The notes under the pieces: model-generated
Seen by the model: the letters and a program-made list of their open reading frames with translations, nothing else
Databases searched by the model: none
What the model was told of the DNA's origin: nothing
Made by a program: the position numbers and the translations under genes
Shown here: in pieces, positions 1 through 13,612 of the stretch
Layout: the number at the start of each line of letters is the position of its first letter
Position numbering within the stretch: the first letter of the stretch is position 1
Assembly (NCBI RefSeq): GCF_009914755.1
Contig: NC_060937.1
Origin: the human T2T-CHM13v2.0 reference genome, Homo sapiens
Strand: one strand, 5' to 3'
DNA length: 64,000 nt

Positions 1-81
1 CTTGATCTCCTGACCTCAAGATCCGCCTGCCTCTGCCTCCCAAAGTGCTGGGATTACAGGTGTGAACCACAGAGCCCAGCT
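1..81 (-). mobile_element. Alu 5' end, truncated by window edge
   Basis: CTCCCAAAGTGCTGGGATTACAGG, reverse complement of Alu left arm. Confidence 0.9.
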
Positions 82-780
82 GAGACATCATTTTTTAACC
101 TATCAGACTGGCAAACAACTTAGAAGTGTGACAGCCTACTCTGGTGAGGTGGTTGGGGGTGGGATACCGGGAGCGAAGAAGAATCTCATGTTGCTGGTAT
201 AAGTATCAATCGCAATCACCCCATGGAGGACAATTTTGTGATGTTTATCAAATTACAAATGTACAACATTTTGACCCTGGGATTCTGCTTGTAGGAATTT
301 ATCCTGCAGTTATATTAGTATCTGTGCAAAATGACATGAACAGGGTTATCCATGGAAGCATTTGGATATAATATCAACTAGGAAACAATTTAAATGCCCA
401 TCAATAAGTAATTCTTAAAGTAAATTATGGTGTGCCTATATAATGGAATACTATGTAGATGTAAAAAAAAGAGAGAGAAATTGATATGAAATTATTTAAG
501 CATCGATATGAAATTATTTCCGACATTTTCCTGGGAAAAAAATAGCATGAAATTCTATATTTGCTGTTAAAAAAACAACATATATCTGGGTTGGCTTGAA
601 TTCTCTAGAGAGATAAAGAAGAAGCTAAAAGATAAACATGTCTTTTTCTGGAAAGATAAAGAAGCAGCTGTAAAGATAAAGAGGTGACCTGTTTGGAGGT
701 AGGGCAGATAGCAGCAACAGGTGAACAGGGTAAGAGGAAAGCTTTTCATGAACTATCTTTTAATAGAGTTTGATTGGAAT
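82..780 (+). mobile_element. Old L1 (L1M-type) 3' fragment
   Basis: Degenerate L1 motifs such as TGTTGCTGGT, AAATGCCCATCAATA and AATGGAATACTAT; boundaries approximate. Confidence 0.6.
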
Positions 781-984
781 TCTATCTTTAGAATTAGAGG
801 ATGAGGATGACGTTAAGGCGCCATGTTTGCGCTCTCCATCTGTGCTCACTCACTCTTGCCTGAGTTTCGTGCAGCTTGGGGTCATGCGGAGAAGGGTGAA
901 TCCCCGCACCATTTGGATTTAGGTTCTGAGCTAAGCCTCTGCTCCAGCCTGGCCCTCCCAGAGCTAGGGTGATTGTCCTGGGCC

Positions 985-1167
985 AATAATTCTCAATCTG
1001 GCCGTATGCTAGAATCTCCTAGCGAGCTTTAAAAGATCCTAATGCCCAGGCTGCACCCCAGACCAGCGACATCAAGATCTCTGGAAGGGGAGGAGCACCT
1101 AGGCATCAGTGCATTATCAAAGGTCCCCAGGCCATTCCAGTATGCACTCAAGTTTGAGAACCAGTGG
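985..1167. mobile_element. MER5-family hAT-Charlie MITE
   Basis: TTCTCAA...AGAATC...CCCCAGACC...TTTGAGAACCA pattern. Confidence 0.65.
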
Positions 1168-1619
1168 CTTGTTTAAAGAATAACTTCCTCATTTCACATG
1201 CACTGTCATGCTCTGTCTCTTTCTTTCTGCCTCTGGGACTTCCCAGGGATCTAAAGTGACGAGCAGGGCAGTGTTTAAGCATTTAAACTTTAGTAGCCTT
1301 AGTAGCCTCTGACTTTAGTAGCCTTAAATACCATGTGAGTCTATCCTGAGCTATCTGTAACTAGCAATTGTTAAAAAAAAAAAAAAAAGAAGACACTTGA
1401 AAGAATATTAGAGTCCTCCAGTTAGAACCAGTTTGATGAATCAAAGATTAATACCATGAATTGAATTTAGAAATTCCTTAAGAAATTAGTGTTAATATAT
1501 ACAGAATATATTCGAATTTATGATGATGATCTTTTTCTTCATTTACAGCAAGAAATTTGTAGTTGATACAGCAATTAATCAGGTGATAATAGGGCTGAAG
1601 GTAATATTTTTTCTGACAT

Positions 1620-2460
<841 letters not shown>

Positions 2461-2555
2461 CATCATTTTATTATAAAACGTTCAAACATACAACAAAGTT
2501 GAATTTTACAGTGAATGTCCCTCTAGTCACCACTACAATTCTATTAAAATTTTAA

Positions 2556-2888
<333 letters not shown>

Positions 2889-3209
2889 AAATTTTAGCTT
2901 TCTTATTGGGTGTGTGGTACTCAATGCATTTCTGGACAACAAAAATACTTCAGGTAGTCATCAACAATGACATACCTTCCCTTTATGTATCATTTCTTTC
3001 TCTGAGATGAGAATCAAAGGGCAAGATCGTAGGCCAGACTGAAAATGATTTCAGTCTATGACCTTCTTTTGCTTCCCTTCTGAAGTTCTCCTTTTGAAAG
3101 TGAAGTGAAAAATAAATGACCTGAAGTCTTCACTTTTTATCCTATCCTATTTTCTATCCTAAAAAAGTGCATTTTGAATGCTTTCTCCAGTTGTCCTAGA
3201 TTTTTGAAT

Positions 3210-3365
3210 ATGGAGGCACAACACAGGATCATGGCTAAGAGGGTGGCCTCTGAAGCTTGACTGAGTCTGAATCTCTTTCTTGGCTGTGTACTGTGTGTGA
3301 CCTTGAGTAAATTACTTAGCCTCTCTGTGTCTCAGTTTCTCCTTTGTAAAATGGAAATAATAATA
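3210..3365. mobile_element. MIR
   Basis: TGTGTGACCTTGAGTAAATTACTTAGCCTCTCTGTGTCTCAGTTTCTCCTTTGTAAAATGG core. Confidence 0.8.
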
Positions 3366-3408
3366 CAAGTCCAAAAAGTTGAAGTTGAAGGTCAAAATGT
3401 CAGCACTC

Positions 3409-3528
3409 TTTTTTTTTTTTTGAGACAGAGTCTGGCTCTGTCATCCAGGCTGCAATGTAGTGGCGTGATCTCGGCTCACTGCAACCTCTGCCTCCCGGGT
3501 TCAAGCAATTGAGCCACCATGCCTGGCC
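3409..3528 (-). mobile_element. Internally deleted Alu
   Basis: Alu 3' part fused to Alu 5' end; TSD CAAAATGTCAGCA at 3393-3405 and 3529-3541. Confidence 0.85.
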
Positions 3529-3539
3529 CAAAATGTCAG

Positions 3540-4290
3540 CAATTCTAATCAAAATTGTAATATGATTATTTTCAGAGCTTAACAAAATGATACCAAAATT
3601 CATGTGGAAAAACAAACATGTAAGACTAGCTGGGAAAACTTTTGAAATTAACAATAATTATGGGGTCCAAGCAGTATCAGATAGTAAAATACATTATGAA
3701 GCCATAAACACAAACATTTTGGTAACTGGCACAGGGATAGGCAGATAAGTAGAAAAGAATATTCATAGAAAAGCGGATCCTAAGGTAGGACAAAGTTGGC
3801 ATTTTAAACAGGTATGGAAGATGAAAGTAAGATGGGTTTTCAAATGGTATCTGCTCAGCCATTTGGAAAAAAGATGTTGGAGGCATGTGTCATTTCTTAT
3901 GCCAAAATAAGATATAGATCAATGATAAAATATAAAAATAAAACCATTAAAGTATAGAAACATGATGATTTTTTAAAACATCTTGCATAGAGAAGACATT
4001 TCCAAGCATGACACAAAAATGTGAAAGCATAAAAGTAAACACTGACAAATCTGACAACATAAAAATTAAGAACTTGTTGTGAAAAAGAGTACCATATTAA
4101 AAAACGTAAAAAATATTCATTACATGATAGCAAAGGGCTAATTTCCTTAACATATAAAACATATTAAGAGTTAACAAAAAAAGATAACTCAATGGCAAAA
4201 TGAGCAAAGCACATGAAGGGCAGTTAATGGATAAATGCCAATGAATAATTTTTAAAATAATGAGATTTTGTTTTTGCCTGTAAGACTGAC
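3540..4290 (+). mobile_element. Old L1 ORF2-derived fragment
   Basis: A-rich degenerate L1 motifs (AAAATTCATGTGGAAA, TTTTCAAATGGT, AAAATGAGCAAAG). Confidence 0.6.
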
Positions 4291-4295
4291 AAATA

Positions 4296-4600
4296 TGCCT
4301 GGGAGCGGTAGCTCACGCCTGTAATCCCAGCACTTTGGGAGGCCGAGGTGGGCAGATCACGAGGTCAGGAGATTGAGACCATCCTGGCCAACATGATGAA
4401 ACCCTGTTTCTACTAAAAATAAAAAAATTGGCTGGGTGTGGTGGTGCATGCGTGTAATCCCATCTATTTGGGAGGCTGAGGCAGGAGAATCGCTTGAACC
4501 GAGGAGGCAGATATTGCAGTGAGCCTACATCGCACCACTGCACTCCAGCCTGGGTGACAGAGTGAGACTCCATCTCAAAAAAAAAAAAAAAAAAAAAAAA
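4296..4600 (+). mobile_element. Alu
   Basis: Full dimer with long A tail; TSD AAGACTGACAAATAT. Confidence 0.93.
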
Positions 4601-4669
4601 GACTGACAAATATTAAGTTTGCCAATAACCAAAGTGGGCTAAAGAATGATCATTCTCAAGCATGGTTAG

Positions 4670-5215
4670 TGGGTTCATTTATTGTTCCATAGTAAGTCAT
4701 GCAAAGCTTAATGGCATGAAATTACCAGTTTATGGGATTGGGAATTTGGAAAGAACACAGGGTTCTCCTCTGTCCATGGTGTCCTTAGGTGGTATGACCC
4801 AAAAGTCTGGGGTGGTTGGGATGGCTGGGAACAGGGACAGTGGGAGCTGGAGAACTCATTCTGAGGTGGCTTCTTCACTCACGTTCTGACACGAGGGATG
4901 GGATGATTGAAAGACTAGCTCATCTGGGACTGTCAACTGGAACATCTCCAAATGAGCCTCTTGAGTATGACAGTCTCAGGATTGTTGGGACTTCTTACAT
5001 GGCCACTCAGACCTCCAAGAACAAGTGTATGCAAAGAACAAGTTAAAAGCAGCATGGCTTATTCTGACCTAGCTATGAAAGTCACATCACGTCCACTGTA
5101 TTCTATTGACCGTAACAGTTATGAGCCTGTCTAGATTCAAAGGGCATAGACATAGATCTGAACTCTCAGTGGGAGGAGTGTACGATAATTTGTGGCCATG
5201 TTTTAAAATCTCTAC
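4670..5215. mobile_element. MLT1-type MaLR LTR remnant
   Basis: Degenerate MLT motifs (CTTCTTACATGGC, AAGTCACATCAC, AATTTGTGGCCATGTTTTAAA). Confidence 0.55.
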
Positions 5216-5672
5216 AGTGGAAGAATAAATTTTTGCAGTGTCTTTGAAGTACAATTTTGCAATATCTACCAAATTTTAATATGCAACTATCTTTTGAACC
5301 AAAGGCATCCCACACAGATAGTCCCCGGAATCCTATCCTCTACCTCCCCCACTCTCTCCTTAAGCTGTTCTCCATCTGGCTTCTGTCACCACCAGTGCTG
5401 CCCCTTCCCCTCCAAGGTCTTGATTCTTTGCAGAAGAATAAGGTCTTACCTCCAGATCCCAACTAATACCTCATAAGTTCTCCAACCTCAGATGTCTACT
5501 TCATGTCAGTTGCTTTCTCTGTAGCTCAGTTTCTGCTGGTTCCATTAAGGGCTGCTGAAACTGAGCTCAAAATCCCAAGATTTCCCACCAGCTACACAAG
5601 GAGATTCATATTCTTCCTGTTGACACGACTTTGAAACTGCTCATCCTAATATTCTTCCTCCTACCACATTAT

Positions 5673-6425
5673 GCTGTGTTATCTATTGCTGCAAAACAGG
5701 TTATTCCAAAATGTGGCTTAGAAGAACACTTATCATCTCATACTTCCTATGGGTTAAGACTCTAGAAATTGCTTAGTTGGGTCCTCTGGCTTTGGGTTCC
5801 TCATGACACTGACATCACTTCAAGTCTCAGCTGGAAAGGACTTGTGTATCACATGGTTGTTGGCAGAATTCAGTGCCTCCAGGGCTGTTGGAGTAAGGCT
5901 TCCCTCTGTTCCTTGCCACTGTGGGTCCTCCATAGGACATCTTACAACATGGCAGCTGGCTTCATCAAAGTGAGCAAATGAGAGGGCAAGACCGTATCAG
6001 TAAGAAGTTATGGGCCTGGCGCGGTGGCTCACGCCTGTAATCCCAGCACTTTGGGAGGCTGAGGTGGGTGGATCACGAGGTCAGGAGTTCAAGACCAGCC
6101 TGGCCAAGATGGTGAAACCCCGTCTCTACTAAAAATACAAAAATTAGCCGGGTGTGGTGGCACGCGCCTGTAATCCCAGCTACTCAGGAGGCTGAGGCAG
6201 AGAATTGCTTAAATCCAGGAGGCAGAGGTTGCAGTGAGCCGAGATTGCACCACTGCACTCCAGCCTGGACGACAGAGTGAGACTCCGTCTAAAAAAAAAA
6301 AAAGTTACAGTGCTCTGTGACCTAATCACAGAAGTGACACTGCCTTCCTTTTCTGTATTCTATCCATTAGCAGCGAGTCACTAGGTCACACTCAAGGCAG
6401 GGGGATTACACAGAATGAGCCCACC
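5673..6425. mobile_element. MLT1-type LTR split by an Alu
   Basis: GTTATCTATTGCTGC...GGCAGAATTCAGT...CATGGCAGCTGGCTTCATCAAAG. Confidence 0.6.
6013..6303 (+). mobile_element. Alu
   Basis: Full dimer. Confidence 0.93.
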
Positions 6426-7070
6426 ACAAATGCTACAAGCAGATCTCTTTCCGCCTTGGGTTTTAATACAGGCTGCCTCAGTTACTGTCAGTGCATACTG
6501 TCACGTCCAGAGAGCATCATCACCCTAAACCCAGGTTCTCCGAAAGGTGATGTGTTGAAGGGGAGGGAACTATGGAATAAAAAGTTGTGTTTCACTGTGA
6601 CGTGTGATCTCTTAATATGAAAGATTTGCTTGCCCCCACACACTTTTGTATATGAGCAGAAAATTCCTGAAAGACTGTAAAAACTGTTGGGAAAATTATT
6701 TCTAAGAAGCGAGATTAGGGATGCAGGAAGGGTTCCTTCTAGGTTTCACTTCATACTCTTCTATACTGCTTAATTTTATCTTGACATGTACACACGTTTT
6801 ACAGTAAAACAGTTAAAATTAATAAGAGGAATTGTTAAGCACAGGGTGATTCCTTAATCCAGAAAGATTTCTAAATAACCCATGCCACAGCTTGGGATAA
6901 AAGGGGGATCTAGGGGGATTATACATTTTTATATTCTGAAAGTTAAGCATAAATGACACACAATGACAAGGAAACACCTAAGTTTTTCAGAAGTTGATTT
7001 TCCAGGTTCAGGATTTTCGAGGCCAGGTACCCCTGGCTTTTCAGGGAGAGGAATTTAAAAAGTGCTTTCT

Positions 7071-7510
<440 letters not shown>

Positions 7511-7967
7511 AAGACCCTCTCTTAAAAGAAACAGTACTTTCTATCAGGTTAGGTACCAACCGCGGAATGTTGGTGAGAGCTGGGAGGAAACGTAGGAAGT
7601 TCTCTAGTGTGACCCCACCGTTTTACAGCCTCTCTAACTAGATTCCCAGAACTGCCCCTTCTCCCCTCTCTTTTCCCCCATTAACTCTCTCCCCATGGGC
7701 TCCTGCCCTCAGCCTGCAAACCTCAGATCGGCTCCTTTAAAAGTCACCTTCACAAATGTTGATAATGTTGAGATAAGGCAACATGGGATATTATGTATTA
7801 TCATATTGATTAATATGATCAATATATTATGTGTTATGATCATAAATAGTTTTAAGATCACAACTAAATCTAATTCTAGACATACAAAGACTATGAAAGA
7901 AATGCTGTAACATGTAGAAAATGTCGGTCTTGCAAAGAGAGTGACTGGGAAAATGTCACTTTTCTAA

Positions 7968-8304
<337 letters not shown>

Positions 8305-8342
8305 TAATTTTTTCCTTTTAGTTGGGAGGTATGACATAGCAC

Positions 8343-8912
8343 TTTGCTACTACGTGTAGTCCTTGGACCAGCAAGTAACACCTGAGAGCTTGTTAGAAAC
8401 AGTCTCAGACTTACTGAATCAGAATCTGCATTCCAACAAGATTCCCTGGTGATTCAGGTATACACTAGAGTTTAAAAAGCCGCCTACAGCAACTGTTCTC
8501 AAACCTGGCTACACACTGGAATCACCTGCGGAACTTTACTGATGCCTGGGTTAGAATCTTTATATATTTGGCTGGGGTGCAACCAGGGTGTTGTTTTTTA
8601 ATCGCAGATGATTCCATGAGTTTGAGACCCACTGTCCTAACACTGTGATCCTCCAAGTGTGATCCCAGGACCAGAGCAACATCACTATCTGGGAATTTGT
8701 TAGAAATGCAAACTCTCAGGCCCCACCCCAAACCTACTGAATCGGCAGCTCTGGGGATGGAGCCTGACAGTCCTTTATCCCTGCAGGCGATTCAGATGCT
8801 TGCTAAGGTTTCATTAGGTAGGTCGGGGATGCGGCCCAAGAATGTTCATTTCTTGACGTTTCCAGGGGCTGCTGGTGGTGGTCGTGGTCTGAGAACCACA
8901 CTTAGAGAATCA
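8343..8912. mobile_element. Cluster of about four MER5A/MER5B-type MITEs
   Basis: Repeated TTGTTAGAAA..CTCAG..CTACTGAATC, TTCTCAAAC and TTTGAGA..CACTG termini. Confidence 0.7.
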
Positions 8913-10320
8913 CGAGCAGAAAAAAATCTGATCTGTGACACACAGCTGGTTGGGCTGACAGAGCAAAGCCTCAAACCCACCATTTCTTCTCTTCAACCAC
9001 AGACCACCAAATCTGCAAGTATTACATCTCTGCTCCTCCCCAGGAGCTGCCCACAAGCACCCCCTACTTCCAAGACCCCTGTTCTTGTCTCAACCCGCCC
9101 TTCTATCAGGGTCCCTACACTCCACTTCTGCCCAGCTCCTGTCCAGCTGTGAGTTCACTTGAGGCCTCTCCCGTGAAATCTGCCCTCTCGGTCTGAGGTC
9201 AGGGAACTCCTGTAAGACGCAAAAGGCCCACGGTTCTGAGCCAGTGGCCTCCGAAGGCCGGAATCCGCTAGCCCCGGGTCTGGCAGAACGTCACTTGCTG
9301 CGCCCTAGGCCTCTTCCCGCCACGCTTAGAGAGAGGGACTGGAGGCTCAGAAGGGGGAAGAGAAGGTAACGCGGCAGCTGCTGGGTGGGGACGGTGACTG
9401 TGCCCCTAGATCGCTGCCTCCTGGGTCCTGAATCTTGCTCCCCGCTCCGTAGAGTTCCCGAAACCCCGAAGGCTCTCAAGCACCGCAAGCCACTCCTAAC
9501 CTCCCCCACGCCATTCCCCAAGGGCACTGTCCCCCGAGGCTGGGCGGGCGGGAACTGTCATGGGATTCGCTCGGGCGGAGGGCGCTGGGCCAGGACGTGG
9601 GCGGGCGCGGGGTGGCCGCCGCTCCCCCAAGCTTAAGTCCCGCGCAGCCCGGGGTGGTGCCGGAAGCCCGTGCCTGTGGCTCCGGGGGAGGGGAGGGCTC
9701 GGTGGGTCCCTGAAGACTGTCCTCCCCGCGCGACGTCGCAGGCGAAGCAGCCCCAGGCAGGACCTCAAAAAGCGACCTGCAGAGTCCGAGCCCCTGACCG
9801 CCCGCCTGCCGCTCCCGGCTTCGCCGTGCACACGTCTCCCGCTCTCCCCGGTTCGTTTTTCGCCACAGCTGCTGGATTCGCGTCTCGCCAGTGGCGCTCC
9901 CCGCGCTGCATTAGGTAGCGCCGCGCGGAGCCCGGCCCTGGCCGGAAGCCCAAGAGAGGCGCAGATCCCCGGCGGCGCGCTGGGCTCGGGAGGCCCCTGG
10001 GCGCACCTGCCCGGGCGGAGCGGAGCGGGGCGGGGCGGGCGCAGGGCGCGGGCCCGGACGCTGGAGGGGGCTGTGGCTCTCCCGCGTCCCCGCTGCTCGG
10101 GCTGCGCGGCGCCCGCCTCCCCCCGCCGAGGGGCCGGCCCAGACCCGGGGAGGGGCGGTGGCCACTGCACTTCCCGCTCGCCGGCCTCAGAGGCGGCGGG
10201 TCCGGCGCGGGCGCAGCGGTGCGGGCGCTCGGCTGGGGCGCGGGGCGGGGACGCGGCCGCTGCCCGCTTTGCGCCGCTCCTCCCTGCGCGAGTAGCGCTG
10301 GCCCCGGCGTCGAGGCGGCC

Positions 10321-10392
10321 ATGGCGACCCGGAGCCCGCTCCCCACCCACCCCGCCTGCTCCGCCCTCCCCTCCGCCCCGCGCCACCTTTGA
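10321..10392 (+). other. uORF1, 23 aa (MATRSPLPTHPACSALPSAPRHL*)
   Basis: GCGGCCATGG strong Kozak; TGA at 10390-10392. Confidence 0.55.
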
Positions 10393-10463
10393 TGGCTCGG
10401 ACCTCAGCCGGCCACCGCCAGCCCTGCTCGCGCGCCCGCGCCGCCGCCGCCCGCGGGTATTAA
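10392..10463 (+). other. uORF2, 23 aa (MARTSAGHRQPCSRARAAAARGY*)
   Basis: ATG overlaps the uORF1 stop (TGATG); TAA at 10461-10463. Confidence 0.45.
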
Positions 10464-11275
10464 TAGCCGGCGCCGCCGCGCCCTCGGCCGCCGGGGGCTT
10501 GGGAGCCGCCGATCCCGGAGCCCGAGCCGGGAGAGGGAGCCGCCGCAGCCGCCGGCGCTGTGGAGGTAGGAGGCGCGCGGTGAACAATGACCGCGGCGGG
10601 AGGGCGGGGGCCGGCGGGGTCCGGGCCGCGGGCGGCAACTTGTGCGAGTCCAGGCTCCCGCAGCGCACGGCCGCGGCTGCGGGCGAAGGTGGGCGCGTGG
10701 TCCCCGAGGTCCTGCCCTGCGCAGTCGGGCGGCGGGTCGGGCCCGGGCAGCCCCGGCCACCATCGCAGGAGCTCGGGGGCCTCGGGGCTCCGGGCTGCCC
10801 CCTGCGCCCCTCTCCCCTCACCTCCGCCGACGTCGGGCTGCGGGGCTCCGCGCCGGTCCCCGCTCGCCTCCCCCGACCCCGGCGCCCTTCCCCCGTTTCC
10901 TTCCGTCCTACCCGCCCGCTGACAGCGCTGGACGCCGCTTCCGGACCTCGGGCCGCAATCTCGGCCCCTGAGGCCGGTTGCGGGCCGGGGAGGTGGCCGC
11001 TGGCGCGGATGCCGCCGGGTGCCCGCCGCTCGCCCACGCGCGGCGCGAGGGTTCCCGGCGGGTGACAAAGAGGAACACACCCTCTGCCCAAGTTAGATTT
11101 GTGTCTCTCTTTACTGTCTGCCTTTATGCAGGGCAAAGTTTTTTTTATTTTTTATTTTTTAAAGCAAAGGACAGATTGCTTTGCGGCGAGTATTTCCAAA
11201 CAACTTCTGATTGTGGTTTTACGATTCAAGTTCCGGAAACTTTAGCTGTGTGATCCGGCTGGACCCCGGAGACTC

Positions 11276-11299
11276 TGTGTGTGTGTGTGTTTGTGTGTG
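11276..11299. repeat. Interrupted (TG)n microsatellite
   Basis: TGTGTGTGTGTGTGTTTGTGTGTG. Confidence 0.85.
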
Positions 11300-12661
11300 T
11301 TTTATTTGAGGGGGGGAAATACGAATTCCCTGTAATGAGTCTGGATCTCGTTTGTGGCAGCTGGAGGCCAGCGGCTGTTGGGGATCGAGTAGGGTTCCCC
11401 AGAAAGGAGGGAGCTGAGGCTCACAAAGAAGCGAGGCCCTGGTATCTGATCAGTTCGTGGAGACGTGGGAGAGCCTGCTTGTCATCTGGAACAGTTTAGC
11501 AGCCTCGGCCTCCCTGTCTCTCCCAGCCCTGGGGAGTACCGGTGGCCTCTGGCCGTTTCATTATATTGTTGTTAAGGCCCTTCTCCTTGTCAGTTTACCA
11601 GGTTTGACCGCCCAGCCCTGGTCTCTGCGTGGAAACCCCCGGGGGCCCCTCTCCTTCCAGTAGGCAACATCTTCAGAGCCAAACCCTGGCCTAGCACTGG
11701 CTTCTGTTTAATGTGCTTTGCACGTGGTGACTTGCGGAGCCCATTTCAGAACATCCTCCAGCATTGTCTTGCTTTTCTTATTCAGTCTGAACAAGGAGAG
11801 GAGAAAGAAACATCTTTCTGGTCCTGAAAGCTTTAGGGAGAGTTGCCTTAAAAATTGGCTTCGTTGTTCCGGAGACTTTAGGAGGGCCCTGCTTCATCCT
11901 ATCTTTGGCTTTCTCCCTCCTTCCACAGTGTTCTCGTAGGGGGTTTATTCTCAGTCTTTCGGATGGGTTGGTCTCCAGGATGTGACAGTTTCTGACAGTG
12001 TGCTTCATAAGTGGGTACAGCTAGCACATGGCTCACTTTATATTCCTGCAGCATCGTTCTGCAGCAAGGCATCAATATTGGAGTTACTCCAAGCACAACG
12101 AAGCGTTTGTGTTTTTAGAATGTCTGGCTAATAGATCTGCTTCTGGGTAAAATAAATAGAAGCATTATTGGGCAATGGCTGCTTTACTGAGGGAATTGTT
12201 GGTGGAGACAGTGAGTAGATGCCTTCCTAGCCCAGCGCCTCCCAGAATCTCTTACTTGTTTCTTTTATGTGAATGGGAAACTGGAAACCCTCGGTGTGGA
12301 GGTGGCTGTGCCTCCTAGGGGCAGATTCTATGGTGCACCACCCCGCCCCCGTTACTTGGGGTGTGGTGTTTCATTGAGAAGTTCTGTCACTGTGGGAATC
12401 CTTTTGAAGCGTGGTTTCTAATGCCCCCTTTCACATTGATATTCTCTTCCTTTAATTGATACAGGGATGGATTTATTCCTTGCTTCATAATAGAATGTTA
12501 ACTTTACTCTGTAGCCAGACTTATCAAAGAAGATCTTAAAATAATTATCCTGGACAAGTTTCTTACTGGGTTATTGCATTCACCTCAGAATTATCCAGAG
12601 TTTACAAGGAACCTGGAGGAACGTTTTTGTTTCACTTTTCGTTAAAGAAACTGTCCAAGGG

Positions 12662-12960
<299 letters not shown>

Positions 12961-13252
12961 AGGAACTGCCCAAGGAAATTGTTTTGTTTTGTTTTTTGGT
13001 TAAAGATACAAATAAGATAGCATTGAAAGGGTTAGTTTTTTTTAAACAGTGAAGCTTATACTCATTTAATTTATTGAACACCTAAGAGCTTAATTCATTT
13101 GGAAAATTGTATATATTTATGAGGAGGATGCTTGTGATAAACATCAGAAAAAAACAACTCTTTTCATCCTGGACGGGATTAGAGAATACTAGAGAAAGGA
13201 TAAAAGGCTGGTTTCTGCAGGCAGAATATGCTTAGGAAAAATGGCATTGTGA

Positions 13253-13612
<360 letters not shown>

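Larger units (their letters stand above)
10167..10565 (+). other. FARP1: Non-coding first exon (5' UTR) of FARP1; start approximate
   Basis: Ends ...GCCGGCGCTGTGGAG|GTAGGA (donor GT 10566-10567). Recognised from memory of the FARP1 leader and from RNF113B being nested in FARP1 intron 1. No FARP1 coding exon is present in the window. Confidence 0.8.
9270..11060. promoter_or_regulatory. FARP1: CpG island promoter of the + strand host gene (FARP1)
   Basis: Very high GC and CpG density; GC boxes at 10027-10040 and 10147-10161; Inr-like GCACTTC at ~10167. Confidence 0.9.

Noticed and set aside
1288-1326. Short local duplications (TTAGTAGCCT x3; others at ~34560-34635, 47380-47424, 51784-51815, 59587-59632)
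   Set aside because: Ordinary slippage duplications; no spacer structure and not CRISPR-like
8697-9152. 151-aa + ORF upstream of the promoter
   Set aside because: Starts inside MER5 repeats at a non-ATG codon; no domain similarity
9880-9900. CTCF-like CGCCAGTGGCGC
   Set aside because: One base short of the core spacing
9496-11136. Long ORFs (546 aa -, 501 aa +, and shorter ones) over the CpG island
   Set aside because: Low-complexity R/G/P/A composition; stops are rare in GC-rich DNA; the + ORF runs through the exon 1 donor
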